Below are positions 18,792 through 28,503 of a stretch of DNA of 64,000 bases, piece by piece. This DNA is from Pseudomonadota bacterium. GTDB taxonomy: Archaea > Thermoplasmatota > SW-10-69-26 > JACQPN01 > JAJPHT01. Each line of letters begins with the position of its first letter. Position 1 is the stretch's first letter. The notes beneath the pieces were generated by a model. It ran no database searches. It saw only the letters and a program-made list of their open reading frames with translations, and was not told the origin of the DNA. The translations under genes were made by a program, and so were the position numbers. The stretch covers positions 64,001-128,000 of the forward strand of contig JAJPHT010000013.1 of NCBI GenBank assembly GCA_021325135.1. The letters run 5' to 3'.

Positions 18792-19769
18792 ATGCGCGCC
18801 CCCCTGCTCCTGCTGCTCGCCGGTCTCGCCGCCAGCGCAGGTTGCCTGCGCTCCTTCGAGCCGCCCCACGAGATCGCCATCGACCGCCTGGACCTCAAGC
18901 CCGACCGCGTGATGAGCCAGGAGGTGCTGCTGAACCTGACGACCGTGCTCACGGGGCGCGGCAGCGGCGCGGCCTCCAACGTGAGCCTCCAGGCGAAGGC
19001 CTACAGCGAGGACACCGGCTTCCTGCTCGCGGAGAGCGAGACGCCCGTGGGCGACCTGGCCGGGGAGACGACGCACGCCGTTTCGCAGCTCCTCAGCGTG
19101 CCCAGGAGCGGCGGCGTCCGGCTGGACGTGCGCCTCTTCGAGGGCGACGCCGCGCGCGGGGGCGCGTCCATCTCCGCGCGCAATCTCCAGAGCCTGGAGC
19201 CCAACGTGCTCGACACGGGCCTGCGCATCGGCGACGTGGACTTCCTCGTGCGCAACGCGACCAACGACACGAAGCCGCGCATCGAGACGGACCTCTACGT
19301 CACCAACGAGGGGAGCCAGCCCTCGGAGGACCTTCGCGTGCAGGTGAAGGCGCGCGAGGTCACGACGCGCCTCGTGGCCGACACGCAGTGGGTCGAGACG
19401 GGCGCCATCGCGCCGGGCGCCACGGTGATCCGCGCCGTGAACCTCACCGTGCCCGACCATTACAACTACGTCTTCGAGATCGTGACGTGGCGCGGCGAGA
19501 GCATCGTGGCCCGCACCGAGGGCAACGTGCAGCTCGCGCCCACGTTCGAGAAGCCCAAGGACCAGGAGCTGGTCGTCACGCAGCCCAACCTCAACGACTT
19601 CGTCACCGCGACCCCCACGACCATCGCCTACGACGCGAGCAAGCCCGGCGGCTACGCAAGCGGCCCCGCGATCGCGACGCCCTCGGCCAAGGTGCCGGGC
19701 CTCGGCCTGGCGGCCGGGCTCGCGGCGGCGGGCGCCGCGGCCCTCGCCCTCAGGAGGTGGCGCCAGTGA
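18792..19769 (+). CDS. Lipoprotein-like surface protein with two Ig-like domains and a PGF-CTERM-like tail
   Basis: SAGC lipobox; LTVPDHYNY motif; KVPGLG + TM + RRWR. Confidence 0.8.
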   Translation: MRAPLLLLLAGLAASAGCLRSFEPPHEIAIDRLDLKPDRVMSQEVLLNLTTVLTGRGSGAASNVSLQAKAYSEDTGFLLAESETPVGDLAGETTHAVSQLLSVPRSGGVRLDVRLFEGDAARGGASISARNLQSLEPNVLDTGLRIGDVDFLVRNATNDTKPRIETDLYVTNEGSQPSEDLRVQVKAREVTTRLVADTQWVETGAIAPGATVIRAVNLTVPDHYNYVFEIVTWRGESIVARTEGNVQLAPTFEKPKDQELVVTQPNLNDFVTATPTTIAYDASKPGGYASGPAIATPSAKVPGLGLAAGLAAAGAAALALRRWRQ

Positions 19770-20011
19770 GCGCCGTGCCCGAGGCGCCCGCGCGCGAGCG
19801 CCTGGAGGGGTGGTTCCGCGTCGCCGCCTTCGTCGTGCTCGCCCTGGTGGGCGCGCTGGCGACGGTGCAGACGTACCTCTCCCTCCAGGGGAGCATCTCG
19901 CTCTGGCTCCAGCCCCAGTGGGCGCCCGTGGCCCAGGCCGCGTTCAGCCTCCTGGTGCTGGCCATCGTCGTGTGGCTCCTGCGCGCGTTCGTGATATCAA
20001 GACGCGCGTGA
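19766..20011 (+). CDS. Small 2-TM membrane protein coupled to the upstream gene
   Basis: GTGA overlap; two hydrophobic helices. Confidence 0.75.
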   Translation: MSAVPEAPARERLEGWFRVAAFVVLALVGALATVQTYLSLQGSISLWLQPQWAPVAQAAFSLLVLAIVVWLLRAFVISRRA

Positions 20012-20015
20012 GAGA

Positions 20016-20723
20016 TCACGCCTTGCGCGCCTTGCGGTGCTCGGCCGCCTCGTGGACCCAGCGGCGCTCCTTGACGGCCTCGCCCGGGTAGCCCACGATG
20101 CGGAACCACAGGTGGGAGTGCGGCCCGAGCGTCACCGTGAGGGTGCCCGCGCCGTCGTAGGCCACGCTGGCGTTGCCGCGCAGCACGAGCTTCGCCTCGT
20201 GGCCGTCCTTCGAGAGGAGCGCGCCCGCGGGGCTCCACCCCTTCTGCGCGGCGAACGTCGTGACGTTGGTGCCCGCGAGGACCTTCAGCGTCACGACGTT
20301 CCCCTGCGCGCTGGTCGCGACGAAGGCGGCGTTGCGCGCGTCGAAGGCCGCGAAGGAGAAGTCCGGGCCGTCGCGCTCGACGAAGACGGGGCCGTGCGTC
20401 GCGTCCTTGAGGGCGCTGCCGTTCGCATCCGCGAAGGAGATGCTCTCGAAGACCACCGCGTCGCCCCACGGGCCGCGGCTCGTGTAGTCCGAGATGGCGC
20501 CCGTCTGGGCGTCCACCGTGAAGCCGACGTTGCGGCCCGAGACGACGCCGTCCTGGAGGCGGAACGCCGCGAGCCCCCGGCAGGGGTCGCACATGCGCTT
20601 GTCCTTCTGGACGGGGGCGGAGGGGGTGTCGTTCGCGTTGGCCTGGCTGGCCGCCATCGCGACGCCCGCGCCCAGGAGGGCGAGGACCGCGACGCCGGCG
20701 AGGATGACCTTCTTGGAGACCAT
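20016..20723 (-). CDS. Secreted hypothetical protein
   Basis: MVSKKVIL signal peptide, CDPC, high GC3. Confidence 0.75.
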   Translation of the reverse strand: MVSKKVILAGVAVLALLGAGVAMAASQANANDTPSAPVQKDKRMCDPCRGLAAFRLQDGVVSGRNVGFTVDAQTGAISDYTSRGPWGDAVVFESISFADANGSALKDATHGPVFVERDGPDFSFAAFDARNAAFVATSAQGNVVTLKVLAGTNVTTFAAQKGWSPAGALLSKDGHEAKLVLRGNASVAYDGAGTLTVTLGPHSHLWFRIVGYPGEAVKERRWVHEAAEHRKARKA

Positions 20724-20869
20724 GTGGCTCACCAGAGGGCCATGCGCGCCGGGGAGGGATAGCCCTCGGCCGACTTGTGGTCCAAGGGGCGCCCGAGGTT
20801 CGCCCGAATCTCGCCCCCTTCTCCTGGGATACAACAAGGCTTATCCGGGCCCGTCGCGGGCTCCCGGCC

Positions 20870-22060
20870 ATGCGCGCCCTGGCCCTGCTCGCCGTCCTCG
20901 CGCTCCTCGCGGGCTGCGCCGCGCCCAAGCCCGCGCCCGCCCCGGCCAACGCCACCAACGCGACCGCGGTGGCCCCCATGGACTACAGCCCCAGCAACGC
21001 CACGGTCCCCCAGGCGGAGATCCAGAACGCGACCCTGGGCGAGAGCCACGTCCACGACCTCTGGAAGGGGCGCGAGCAGATCGTCCTCCTGGACGCGGAG
21101 GTCGCGGCGGGCCTCTGCGAAGGCCCCGCCGACGCGGCCCTCTTCCTCGCGCAGGAGCTCGTCGAGCACCAGGGCGCGGCGGACGGCTGCGCGCGCCTCT
21201 CCATCCCCGAGGGCGTCGTCGTGCCCGAAGGCACCGGCGACCTGGAGGTGTCGGTGGACGCCAGCGACGCGCTCAAGGGGGGCGCCATGGAGCTGAACTT
21301 CCGCGACAAGGCGCGCGAAGGGTATGGCGACCCCACGACGAACCCCGTCCACGCGTGGCACCTCAACCTCACGCAGGCGGACTGGGACCTCCCCCACGCG
21401 AACGCCACGACGTGGATCATCTACGTCCAGGCGCACGGCGACCCCGCGGGCCTCATGGACGGCAACGTCAAGGCGCGCGTCGTCGCGCACCGCATCCCCG
21501 GCTGGCAGCCCATCCTCGCGGTCGCGCACGTCGACCACTGGAAGCTGCCCCACCTGCACGACTTCCCCGCGCCCGACGTGATGCGCCTCTACGACGGGCC
21601 CGCCAACGTCACCAACATCGACCCCGCGCGCTTCCAGGGGCAGGACATCCCCGAGCCCATCAAGCTCAAGGACATCATCGCGCCCGACACGAAGCACGTG
21701 ACGCTCGTCGTCGACCGCAAGACCAACGGCTGCCCCGCGCCCATGGAGTGCTGGCTCGTGCCCGCGCTCGTCGTGGGCGGCTACGAGCGCGAACGCTTCG
21801 GCAACCTCACCTTCGCCGAGGGCGAGCGCCGCGTCTACACCTGGAGCGTGCCCGGCGAGGTCCCCGAGGACAGCGTCTACGCCAACGCCAGCACGACCAT
21901 GATCGACCCGCGCATCGAGGGGTGCCCGCCCGGCGGCGACGAGTCGACCTGCGGGATCACCAGCATCGCGTCCACCACCGTCACGGCGCGCATCCTCGTG
22001 CTCGCGTGGCACGGCGACGTGGACGTGGCGAAGCTCAAGGCGATCGCAGACGCGAAGTGA
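20870..22060 (+). CDS. Hypothetical lipoprotein
   Basis: LAGC lipobox, several Cys pairs, N-x-T sequons. Confidence 0.8.
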   Translation: MRALALLAVLALLAGCAAPKPAPAPANATNATAVAPMDYSPSNATVPQAEIQNATLGESHVHDLWKGREQIVLLDAEVAAGLCEGPADAALFLAQELVEHQGAADGCARLSIPEGVVVPEGTGDLEVSVDASDALKGGAMELNFRDKAREGYGDPTTNPVHAWHLNLTQADWDLPHANATTWIIYVQAHGDPAGLMDGNVKARVVAHRIPGWQPILAVAHVDHWKLPHLHDFPAPDVMRLYDGPANVTNIDPARFQGQDIPEPIKLKDIIAPDTKHVTLVVDRKTNGCPAPMECWLVPALVVGGYERERFGNLTFAEGERRVYTWSVPGEVPEDSVYANASTTMIDPRIEGCPPGGDESTCGITSIASTTVTARILVLAWHGDVDVAKLKAIADAK

Positions 22061-22307
22061 GCGCGAATCCGCAGCGCGCGCAGAAGGCCAGCTCGGGGTC
22101 CCGCGCGCAGCCGCACGCAGCGCACCCCGGCGCCACGAGCCGCGGCGCGCGCCAGGCGAGGAACGTCACGCCCAGCGCCATCGCCACCGCGCCCGCGATG
22201 GCGACAAGGCCCGCTTGCCCGGGCTGCGCGCGCATGAGGGCGAGGCCCAGCGCGGCGTCGCCGAGGAGGAGGCCCCCCATGAGGAGGAGGAAGACCCGGG
22301 CGTCCAC
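22035..22307 (-). CDS. Small 2-TM protein with C-terminal zinc ribbon
   Basis: Two TMs followed by CAACG...FCARCG. Confidence 0.65.
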   Translation of the reverse strand: MDARVFLLLMGGLLLGDAALGLALMRAQPGQAGLVAIAGAVAMALGVTFLAWRAPRLVAPGCAACGCARDPELAFCARCGFALTSRLRSP

Positions 22308-22346
22308 GCGGAGGAGGCGGGCGCCGCGACGGATAGCCGTTGAGGG

Positions 22347-22817
22347 TCAGCGCGCGAAGGACGGGTCCAGGCGCGGAGCGTCGCGCTCGCAGAGCTTCGC
22401 AGCCGCGCGCCACGTGCGGGCGTAGCTGCGGCGCGCGAAGCGGAGGAACGCGGGCCTCGCGAGGCGGCCCCACGCGTTGCGCGCGCGGATGGTGACGCGG
22501 ATCGAGACGCGCGTGCCGCCGGGCGTCGCGGCGAGCGTGAACTCGTCCTTCTGCGCGAGGCCCAGGGGCAGGCCCACGTCCACGTCCCAGCCGTCGGGGC
22601 GGAAGCGGAACGTCTCCGGGACTCGCAGGTTGCGCAGCGGCGGGACGCGCCAGTAGGTGAGGACCTTCCACTCCTCGGGCGTGCGGCTGAGCGTCACGAT
22701 GCGGTGGGGTTGCTCGCGCGGGTCGGAGGCGCGGTAGTCGTCGGGCGCCTGCGTCCACCACGCGCGGACCTCGGCGGGCGGGCGCGCGATCTCCAGGTCC
22801 ACCGCGATGTCGGCCAC
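22347..22817 (-). CDS. SRPBCC family protein
   Basis: I.RPPAEV.AW N-terminus, GGTRV, C-terminal helix. Confidence 0.7.
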   Translation of the reverse strand: MADIAVDLEIARPPAEVRAWWTQAPDDYRASDPREQPHRIVTLSRTPEEWKVLTYWRVPPLRNLRVPETFRFRPDGWDVDVGLPLGLAQKDEFTLAATPGGTRVSIRVTIRARNAWGRLARPAFLRFARRSYARTWRAAAKLCERDAPRLDPSFAR

Positions 22818-22821
22818 GCGC

Positions 22822-23430
22822 TCAGCCCGCGGACCAGGTGACCTTGGTCATGAGGTCGCCCGCGCGGAGCTGGTCGACGACGTCCATGCCGCTGGTGACC
22901 TTGCCGAAGACCGTGTACTGGCCATCGAGGAAGTGCGCGCCGTTCTTGGCGTTGACGACGTAGAACTGCGAGTCGCCCGAGTTGGGGTCGTTGGCGCGGG
23001 CGAGGCCCACGGCGCCATAGTCATGCTTCTGCGCGCCGCCCGCCTCCAGGGGGACCGTCGTGCCCGAGCCGCCCGTGCCGCAGCCCGAGGAGGACGGGTC
23101 CTTCCAGCCGTCGCCCTTGCAGTTGGGGTCGCCGCCCTGGATGACGAAGTCCGCGACGTAGCGGTGGAAGGGGATGCCGTCGTAGAACCCCTTCTTCACG
23201 AGGTCCGCGATGTGCGCCGACGTCTTGGGCGCGTCCTGCGGATCGAGCTGGAAGGAGAACGTCCCCTTGGAGGTCTGGACGGTGATGATCCCCGCGCCGC
23301 CGCCCGATGTCGTGTTGTTGGTCCCCGCGGGCGTCGTGCCGCCCGAGGGCGTCGTGGCGCTGGGCGTGGAAGGCGTGGAGGCGCAGCCCGCGAGGACGAG
23401 GGCCAGCGCGACGAGGAGGATGGGGCGCAT
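22822..23430 (-). CDS. Cyclophilin-type peptidyl-prolyl isomerase, lipoprotein
   Basis: LAGC; FYDGIPFHRYV.DFVIQGGDP, SGDSQFY, HFLDGQYTVFG. Confidence 0.93.
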   Translation of the reverse strand: MRPILLVALALVLAGCASTPSTPSATTPSGGTTPAGTNNTTSGGGAGIITVQTSKGTFSFQLDPQDAPKTSAHIADLVKKGFYDGIPFHRYVADFVIQGGDPNCKGDGWKDPSSSGCGTGGSGTTVPLEAGGAQKHDYGAVGLARANDPNSGDSQFYVVNAKNGAHFLDGQYTVFGKVTSGMDVVDQLRAGDLMTKVTWSAG

Positions 23431-23471
23431 CGGGCGCAGACCGAGCGCCCCCGGGAAAACCTTGCCGCTCC

Positions 23472-23906
23472 TCACGGCTCCGCGTAGAAGAGCGCCACCG
23501 CGTCGGGGAGCCTGCGGTCGCCCACCGTCGCGCTCAGCGTGACGCGGTAGGTCCCCGCCTCGGGGAACGTCGAGCGCGGGATCGTCTCCACGTGGATGGG
23601 GAAGTCGCCCTGGTTGGTGAACGAGTCCGCGGTGAGCGGCACGTCGCGCTGGGCGACGAAGGAGTACGTCGGCGGATCGGGCGGCTCGTGCTGCTCCTCC
23701 AGCGTGAGGTGGATCGCGCCGCGGAACGCCCGCGTCACGTTGCCCGCGTCGCGGCCCGTGATCTCGATGACGCCGTCCTGGCCCACCTTGTCGTAGGCGT
23801 TGACGTGGATGGCGGACACCTTGTCGCTCTCGTCGGGGAAGACGTGGTCGGTGCCCAGGCAGCCGGCCAGCGCCAGCGCGGCGACCACCAGGGACGCGGG
23901 GCGCAT
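23472..23906 (-). CDS. Hypothetical lipoprotein
   Basis: LAGC lipobox. Confidence 0.75.
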   Translation of the reverse strand: MRPASLVVAALALAGCLGTDHVFPDESDKVSAIHVNAYDKVGQDGVIEITGRDAGNVTRAFRGAIHLTLEEQHEPPDPPTYSFVAQRDVPLTADSFTNQGDFPIHVETIPRSTFPEAGTYRVTLSATVGDRRLPDAVALFYAEP

Positions 23907-23953
23907 CCTCCGGGAGCGTGGCGCGCCGCTGCAAATACCTCGTTGCTGCCGCG

Positions 23954-24340
23954 TCACTCGTAGACGGGCGGCCGCTGCACGCTCTCGGGGCGGTGCCGCG
24001 CGACCTCGCCCACGATGCGCTCCGGCTCGTCGGTCGCGACCTCCACCTCGTCGAACTCGGGGTGGTTGTGCAGCGTGAGGCGGAGCGTCTGCCGGGTGTC
24101 GCGGCCGATGTCGACGAAGCGCCGGCCCGCGCCCTCCTTGAACGCGCCCGCCGCGATGCGGCCCGGCACGTGCGTCCCCATGCGGACGCTGCCCAGCCGG
24201 GGCCACGCGGGCGCCTCGCACGCCGCGCCCTCGATGGTGGAGAAGGGCACGAGGAGCGTTCGCCGCATGGCGGCGACCTGGTCGATGCCGTGAAGCTCGA
24301 TGAGCAGGTGGTCCTCGCGGACGTCGATGCTGGCCCTCAT
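23954..24340 (-). CDS. Hypothetical (bacterial PH-like) protein
   Basis: R.GTHVPGRIAAG.F motif of a small conserved family. Confidence 0.7.
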   Translation of the reverse strand: MRASIDVREDHLLIELHGIDQVAAMRRTLLVPFSTIEGAACEAPAWPRLGSVRMGTHVPGRIAAGAFKEGAGRRFVDIGRDTRQTLRLTLHNHPEFDEVEVATDEPERIVGEVARHRPESVQRPPVYE

Positions 24341-24444
24341 GCCCCTCGCGTCCGCCGCGCAAGGCCTTGAGGGCGACGGTTGGTGAGAAAGCGGCGCGCC
24401 CCCCACCGTCACGCCCAAGCACCAGAGGGGGGCTCCTCGCCCCG

Positions 24445-24915
24445 ATGGCCGCGAAGAAAGCTGCGAAGCGCGCTGCGAAGAAGGCGCCCGCCAGGAAGAA
24501 GCCCGCCAAGAAGGCCCCTGCGAAGCGCGTCGGCGGGCGCGCCGGCACCGCGGGCAAGGCCGAGGGCGACGCCCCTGTGAAGGCCTACATCGCGTCGCTC
24601 CCCGGCTGGCAGCGCGAGGTCGCGGAGCGCTTCGACGCCATCGTCGCCCGCGAGGTGCCGGACGTGAGGCGCGCCGTGAAGTGGAGCGTGCCCTTCTACG
24701 GCCGCGAAGGCATGGGCTGGTTCGCGTCCTTCGGCGCGTTCCAGAAGCACGTGAAGATCCAGTTCTTCAACGGCGTCCACCTCAAGCCGCAGCCTCCCCT
24801 GGGCGAGAACCGCGAAGGGCGCGCGCTGGACCTGCGCAGCACCGAGGAGCTTGACGAGAGGCAGATCACGGACTGGGTGCGGCAGTCCTCGAAGCTGCCG
24901 GGGTGGGGGAAGTAG
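24445..24915 (+). CDS. DUF1801 (YdhG-like) protein with Lys/Ala-rich N-terminal tail
   Basis: VKAYIASL, AVKWSVPFY, FFNG..L.P.P; AAKKA repeats. Confidence 0.85.
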   Translation: MAAKKAAKRAAKKAPARKKPAKKAPAKRVGGRAGTAGKAEGDAPVKAYIASLPGWQREVAERFDAIVAREVPDVRRAVKWSVPFYGREGMGWFASFGAFQKHVKIQFFNGVHLKPQPPLGENREGRALDLRSTEELDERQITDWVRQSSKLPGWGK

Positions 24916-25204
24916 GGCCAGGCCAGTCTTGGGGTCGTCGGATCCAGGGAGTTCCCCTGACTCTCGGATGTTCTGCGAAAAGGACACGGGTGGCGCTCGA
25001 CCCGAGGATTGCCTCAAGCCGCAGCGTCAGGTTCGTCCTGGGCCCGGCGCCGCTTCTGGAAACGCGCCCGCTGAGCGGCAATGAAACCGCCCTGCTCCCA
25101 AGGCACTGTTGCCGAGAGACCGCGGACAGCGATTTCTTTGCTCACTGTCTTTGGCATCATAGCACCATGACGTATTTCAAGCCTTAAAGTCGTTGGAACC
25201 TTCT

Positions 25205-26671
25205 TCAGCTCTCGCGCCAGGTCACCGAAGGTTGAGGTTGGCTTCGGGTGGCCATGAACGCGTGCCATAATGCGGCGACCAAGCCAAACGCAACGACGAT
25301 GACTCCGACGAGCGGAGCCACCGGCGCAAGCAGCCAACCGATGAGCATCATCGCGGCGAGGACGACGTGGGCGGTCGCAAATGGTCGAAGGTTTGACGTC
25401 GTCCAAGCGGCGCTCAGCAGGCCGAGCGCGATGGGGAGCGCAACCGCGCTTGCGTTGACCACGTCGGAGGCTTGGACGCGCCCGAACGTCGGGAGCACGT
25501 TCCCCCACTGGAAAGTCGCAGAGATCTCTTTCCAAGGGAGGAGTCGTCCTGTGGCGTCCGTAAGCAGCCTCATCTCGATGAAAACGAGCGGCAACAGGGC
25601 GATGAGAGCAATGAACGCGCATGCGAGCAACTTCGCAGCAGGGCTTTGGCTTACGCGCGTCTGGACGATCATCGCAGGGAGTTCCCTGCGCGCATAGACC
25701 TCCTCAATTTCACTTGGGCTGGCGTAGAGCTGGACTTGTTCGCGGCCCGTTGAGCCACGCGTCGCATGCTGCGGCTGGGCGATGTCGCGTTGAAACACCA
25801 GGCCGTCGGGGAGCTTCAGCCGACCGTGAGAGGATGCTCCTGGAAGCAACGGGAATGCGGCTCCCAAACGGAGAGGCCATCCGAGAGCCGCCCAGAGGTG
25901 GTCCATCGTTTCGTAGGGGGTGCCACTCTCGGCGATATACTTGATCATCAGGTGCGGCTCGATCTCGTTCCGCTCCCTGGGCTCGATGGGATCGGGCAAG
26001 AGCACCCACGGAGTGTAGAATCCGAACAGGCGGCCAATGACGTAGTCCGCGAAGACTTGAGTGGCGGCTTCGGCCGCATTGGGAGGATCCGAGTGGGTTG
26101 AAAGCGCTTGCTGAAAGTACTCGACGATTGCCCCCTTTTCCGCATTTCCGAGGTTTCGACTCCAGTCCTTCTCGAACAAGCTCGTCCGCCAATGTGAATC
26201 CGATATGGCCGTGCGAAGCGGCGGAGGCAAAGTTGGATCTGAGCGGAGAGCACGAATGACATCCGGGAACAGTTCAGCGTAGAAAACGTCGATCTCGGCG
26301 CTCGGCAGGAGGACGAGGCGGCGACCCGTCTCGTCTTCAGCTTTCATGTTCAACTGCAACTCGGCCTTTCGATGAGGCAGCGGGACCACTCTAAGCGGTT
26401 GGTCAAGAGTGTTGTTATAGACGTACACCTCTTCGGCCCGAGCCCGTTCCAGATTCAGCAGGACAATCTGGCGATCGTGGCGGAGCAGTTGCCAACCAAT
26501 GAAAGCGTCGCGAAATTGCGCGGCGCCTGCCGTTACCATCGGCGTGTTTACCGCCAAACGGGTCAAAAACATTCGGGAATGCATCCCGAGGCAACCGCAG
26601 TCCAGATCGCCTTCGACATGGATCGCCCTCCGACACGCAGCCACGGGGGCCTCGGGGTTGTCCCATGCCAA
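25205..26671 (-). CDS. Hypothetical protein with C-terminal TMs, atypical low-GC gene
   Basis: 488-aa ORF spanning the low-GC patch; start uncertain. Confidence 0.65.
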   Translation of the reverse strand: MAWDNPEAPVAACRRAIHVEGDLDCGCLGMHSRMFLTRLAVNTPMVTAGAAQFRDAFIGWQLLRHDRQIVLLNLERARAEEVYVYNNTLDQPLRVVPLPHRKAELQLNMKAEDETGRRLVLLPSAEIDVFYAELFPDVIRALRSDPTLPPPLRTAISDSHWRTSLFEKDWSRNLGNAEKGAIVEYFQQALSTHSDPPNAAEAATQVFADYVIGRLFGFYTPWVLLPDPIEPRERNEIEPHLMIKYIAESGTPYETMDHLWAALGWPLRLGAAFPLLPGASSHGRLKLPDGLVFQRDIAQPQHATRGSTGREQVQLYASPSEIEEVYARRELPAMIVQTRVSQSPAAKLLACAFIALIALLPLVFIEMRLLTDATGRLLPWKEISATFQWGNVLPTFGRVQASDVVNASAVALPIALGLLSAAWTTSNLRPFATAHVVLAAMMLIGWLLAPVAPLVGVIVVAFGLVAALWHAFMATRSQPQPSVTWRES

Positions 26672-26726
26672 AGATCAACGCCGTCGTGGGCGCACAACGG
26701 AAGGGAACCGCGCCTACTGTCCCGCG

Positions 26727-27704
26727 TCAACCACTCGTGTAGTCGTAGAACCCCTTCCCACTCTTGCGCCCCAGGTGCCCGCTCTTGACAAGCTGCTGGA
26801 TGATCTGCGGCGCGCGCTGCGATTCGGAGACGCCCATCGCCCGCATGTTGGTCGCGACGTGCCAGATCACGTCGAGGCCCACCATGTCGGCAAGCTCCAG
26901 GGGGCCCATGGGCCAGCCGGCGCCGGTCTTCATCGCCTTGTCGATGTCGCGGGGGCTGGCGATGCCCTCCTCGTAGATGAGGAAGGCCTCGGTGAAGGCG
27001 CGGCCCAGGATGCGGTTGACGACGAAGCCGGGCGTCTCCTTGACCTTCACGGGGAGCATGGGGTAGCGGTGATTCCTCAATTCCTCCAGGAAGGAGATGG
27101 TCTCCTCGACGACGCTCTCGGCGGTCTCCAGCGCGGGGATGACCTCCACGAGGGGGAGCGTGGTGGGGGGGTTGAAGAAGTGGGCGCCGAGGACCTTCTG
27201 GCGGCGGTCCTTGACGGCGCTGGCGATCTCGGTGATGGAGAGCGCGCTGGTGTTGGTGGCGAGGATGGCGTGGCGCGGGGTGGCCTGCTCCAGCTCGCGG
27301 AAGACCTGCTGCTTGACGTCCATGCGCTCCAGCGCGGCCTCGACGACGAAGTCCACGTCGGCGAAGTCGTCGTAGGAGGTCGTGCCCTTGATGGACTTGA
27401 GGACCTTCTGCGCGCGCTCCGCGGTGTAGGTGGGCGTCTTGGACTCGCGGATCTTGGCCTTCTGCTCGTCGGTGAGGCGGATGCCGTTGTCGGACTCGAT
27501 GCGCTCGATCTCGCGCTCGGCCTTGCCCTGGTGGAACTGCACGAGGCCGGCGAGGCTCGCCTCGATGTTCTTCAGGCCGCGCTGCACGTACTCGTCCTTC
27601 ACGTCCTTGAGGACGACCTTCTTGCCGTTGAGGGCGAAGACCTCGGCGATGGCCGCGCCCATGGCGCCCGCGCCCACGACGCCCACCTTCTCGACGTACA
27701 CCAT
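26727..27704 (-). CDS. 3-hydroxyacyl-CoA dehydrogenase
   Basis: GAGAMG, VEAALE, ATNTS, HFFNP, PGFVVNR, PMGPLELAD, LGRKSGKGFY. Confidence 0.95.
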   Translation of the reverse strand: MVYVEKVGVVGAGAMGAAIAEVFALNGKKVVLKDVKDEYVQRGLKNIEASLAGLVQFHQGKAEREIERIESDNGIRLTDEQKAKIRESKTPTYTAERAQKVLKSIKGTTSYDDFADVDFVVEAALERMDVKQQVFRELEQATPRHAILATNTSALSITEIASAVKDRRQKVLGAHFFNPPTTLPLVEVIPALETAESVVEETISFLEELRNHRYPMLPVKVKETPGFVVNRILGRAFTEAFLIYEEGIASPRDIDKAMKTGAGWPMGPLELADMVGLDVIWHVATNMRAMGVSESQRAPQIIQQLVKSGHLGRKSGKGFYDYTSG

Positions 27705-27836
27705 GCGGCCGCCCAGCCGTCCCGAGCGCCATAAGCGTGTCGTCGTTCCGGCTCCGACGAGGAGTGAATGACGAGGGCCTCAGGGGAGAAGAGAGTCAAG
27801 GAGCGCCCGGCGCGCAGCGCCGAGGGCGCGTTCGTT

Positions 27837-27920
27837 GCCTATCGCCCCTCGCCGCAGCGAGGGGCCGCATAGGGCGTATTGCGCCGCTGGTACGCCAGCG
27901 GCCGCTGGTCCGCCAGCGGC
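27837..27920 (+). repeat. REP-like palindromic element, copy A (terminal hairpin duplicated)
   Basis: gcctatcgcccc..gggg..agggcgtattgcgccgctggtacgccagcgg shared with copies at 45442 and 48160. Confidence 0.8.
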
Positions 27921-27922
27921 TT

Positions 27923-28120
27923 CTAGAACAGCTTCTTCACGGCCTCGTTCTCGTCCGCGAGGTCGGGGCCGGCCTGGACGACGTGCTCGAAGTAGTAGTC
28001 CAACGCCTCTTCGATGGCGTCGCTCATCTTCTTGTTGCGGAGGAGCTTGAGCGCGTGAAGCTTGAGGTGATAGCTCACGTCGATCTTGACGCGCAGCTCC
28101 TTGACGTCGCCTTCGGACAA
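27923..28120 (-). CDS. Small ribbon-helix-helix-like DNA-binding protein, paralog 1
   Basis: KELRVKIDVSYHLKLHALKLLRNKKMSDAIEEALDYYF; TTG start after aggggac. Confidence 0.75.
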   Translation of the reverse strand: MSEGDVKELRVKIDVSYHLKLHALKLLRNKKMSDAIEEALDYYFEHVVQAGPDLADENEAVKKLF

Positions 28121-28503
28121 CGGTAGTCCCCTGATTCTCGCGCCCGGAGACGAAAAGGATTCTCGTTCGGACGCCGGGGTCAGGCGGCCACCCGGGCAGC
28201 CCCGGGCCTCGGGGCGCCTGCGCAGAAAATCCCCCTCCGACCCAGGAAAATGCGCGCTTCTGTCCATGGATGCCCACGTTTGCCGGCGCCCGGCCGGAAA
28301 ACCGGAGCGGAGGACCCCCCACTTATACCGCGCCCGCGCCTTTGGTTTGAATCCGTGAGGGGGCACGGAAACAGGCGGCCGAGGGGGGTATATGAAGAGG
28401 CGCCCGCTCGCCGCCGGGACCATAGATAAGGATTTCGTTGTACCGACGTGACAGACAAATATCACCTGTTGCAGACGGGGGGCCGCTCGCTTGGTGGGTC
28501 GCC

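Noticed and set aside
24445-24530. Histone-H1-like AAKK repeats on the DUF1801 protein
   Set aside because: Frequent low-complexity tail in this family
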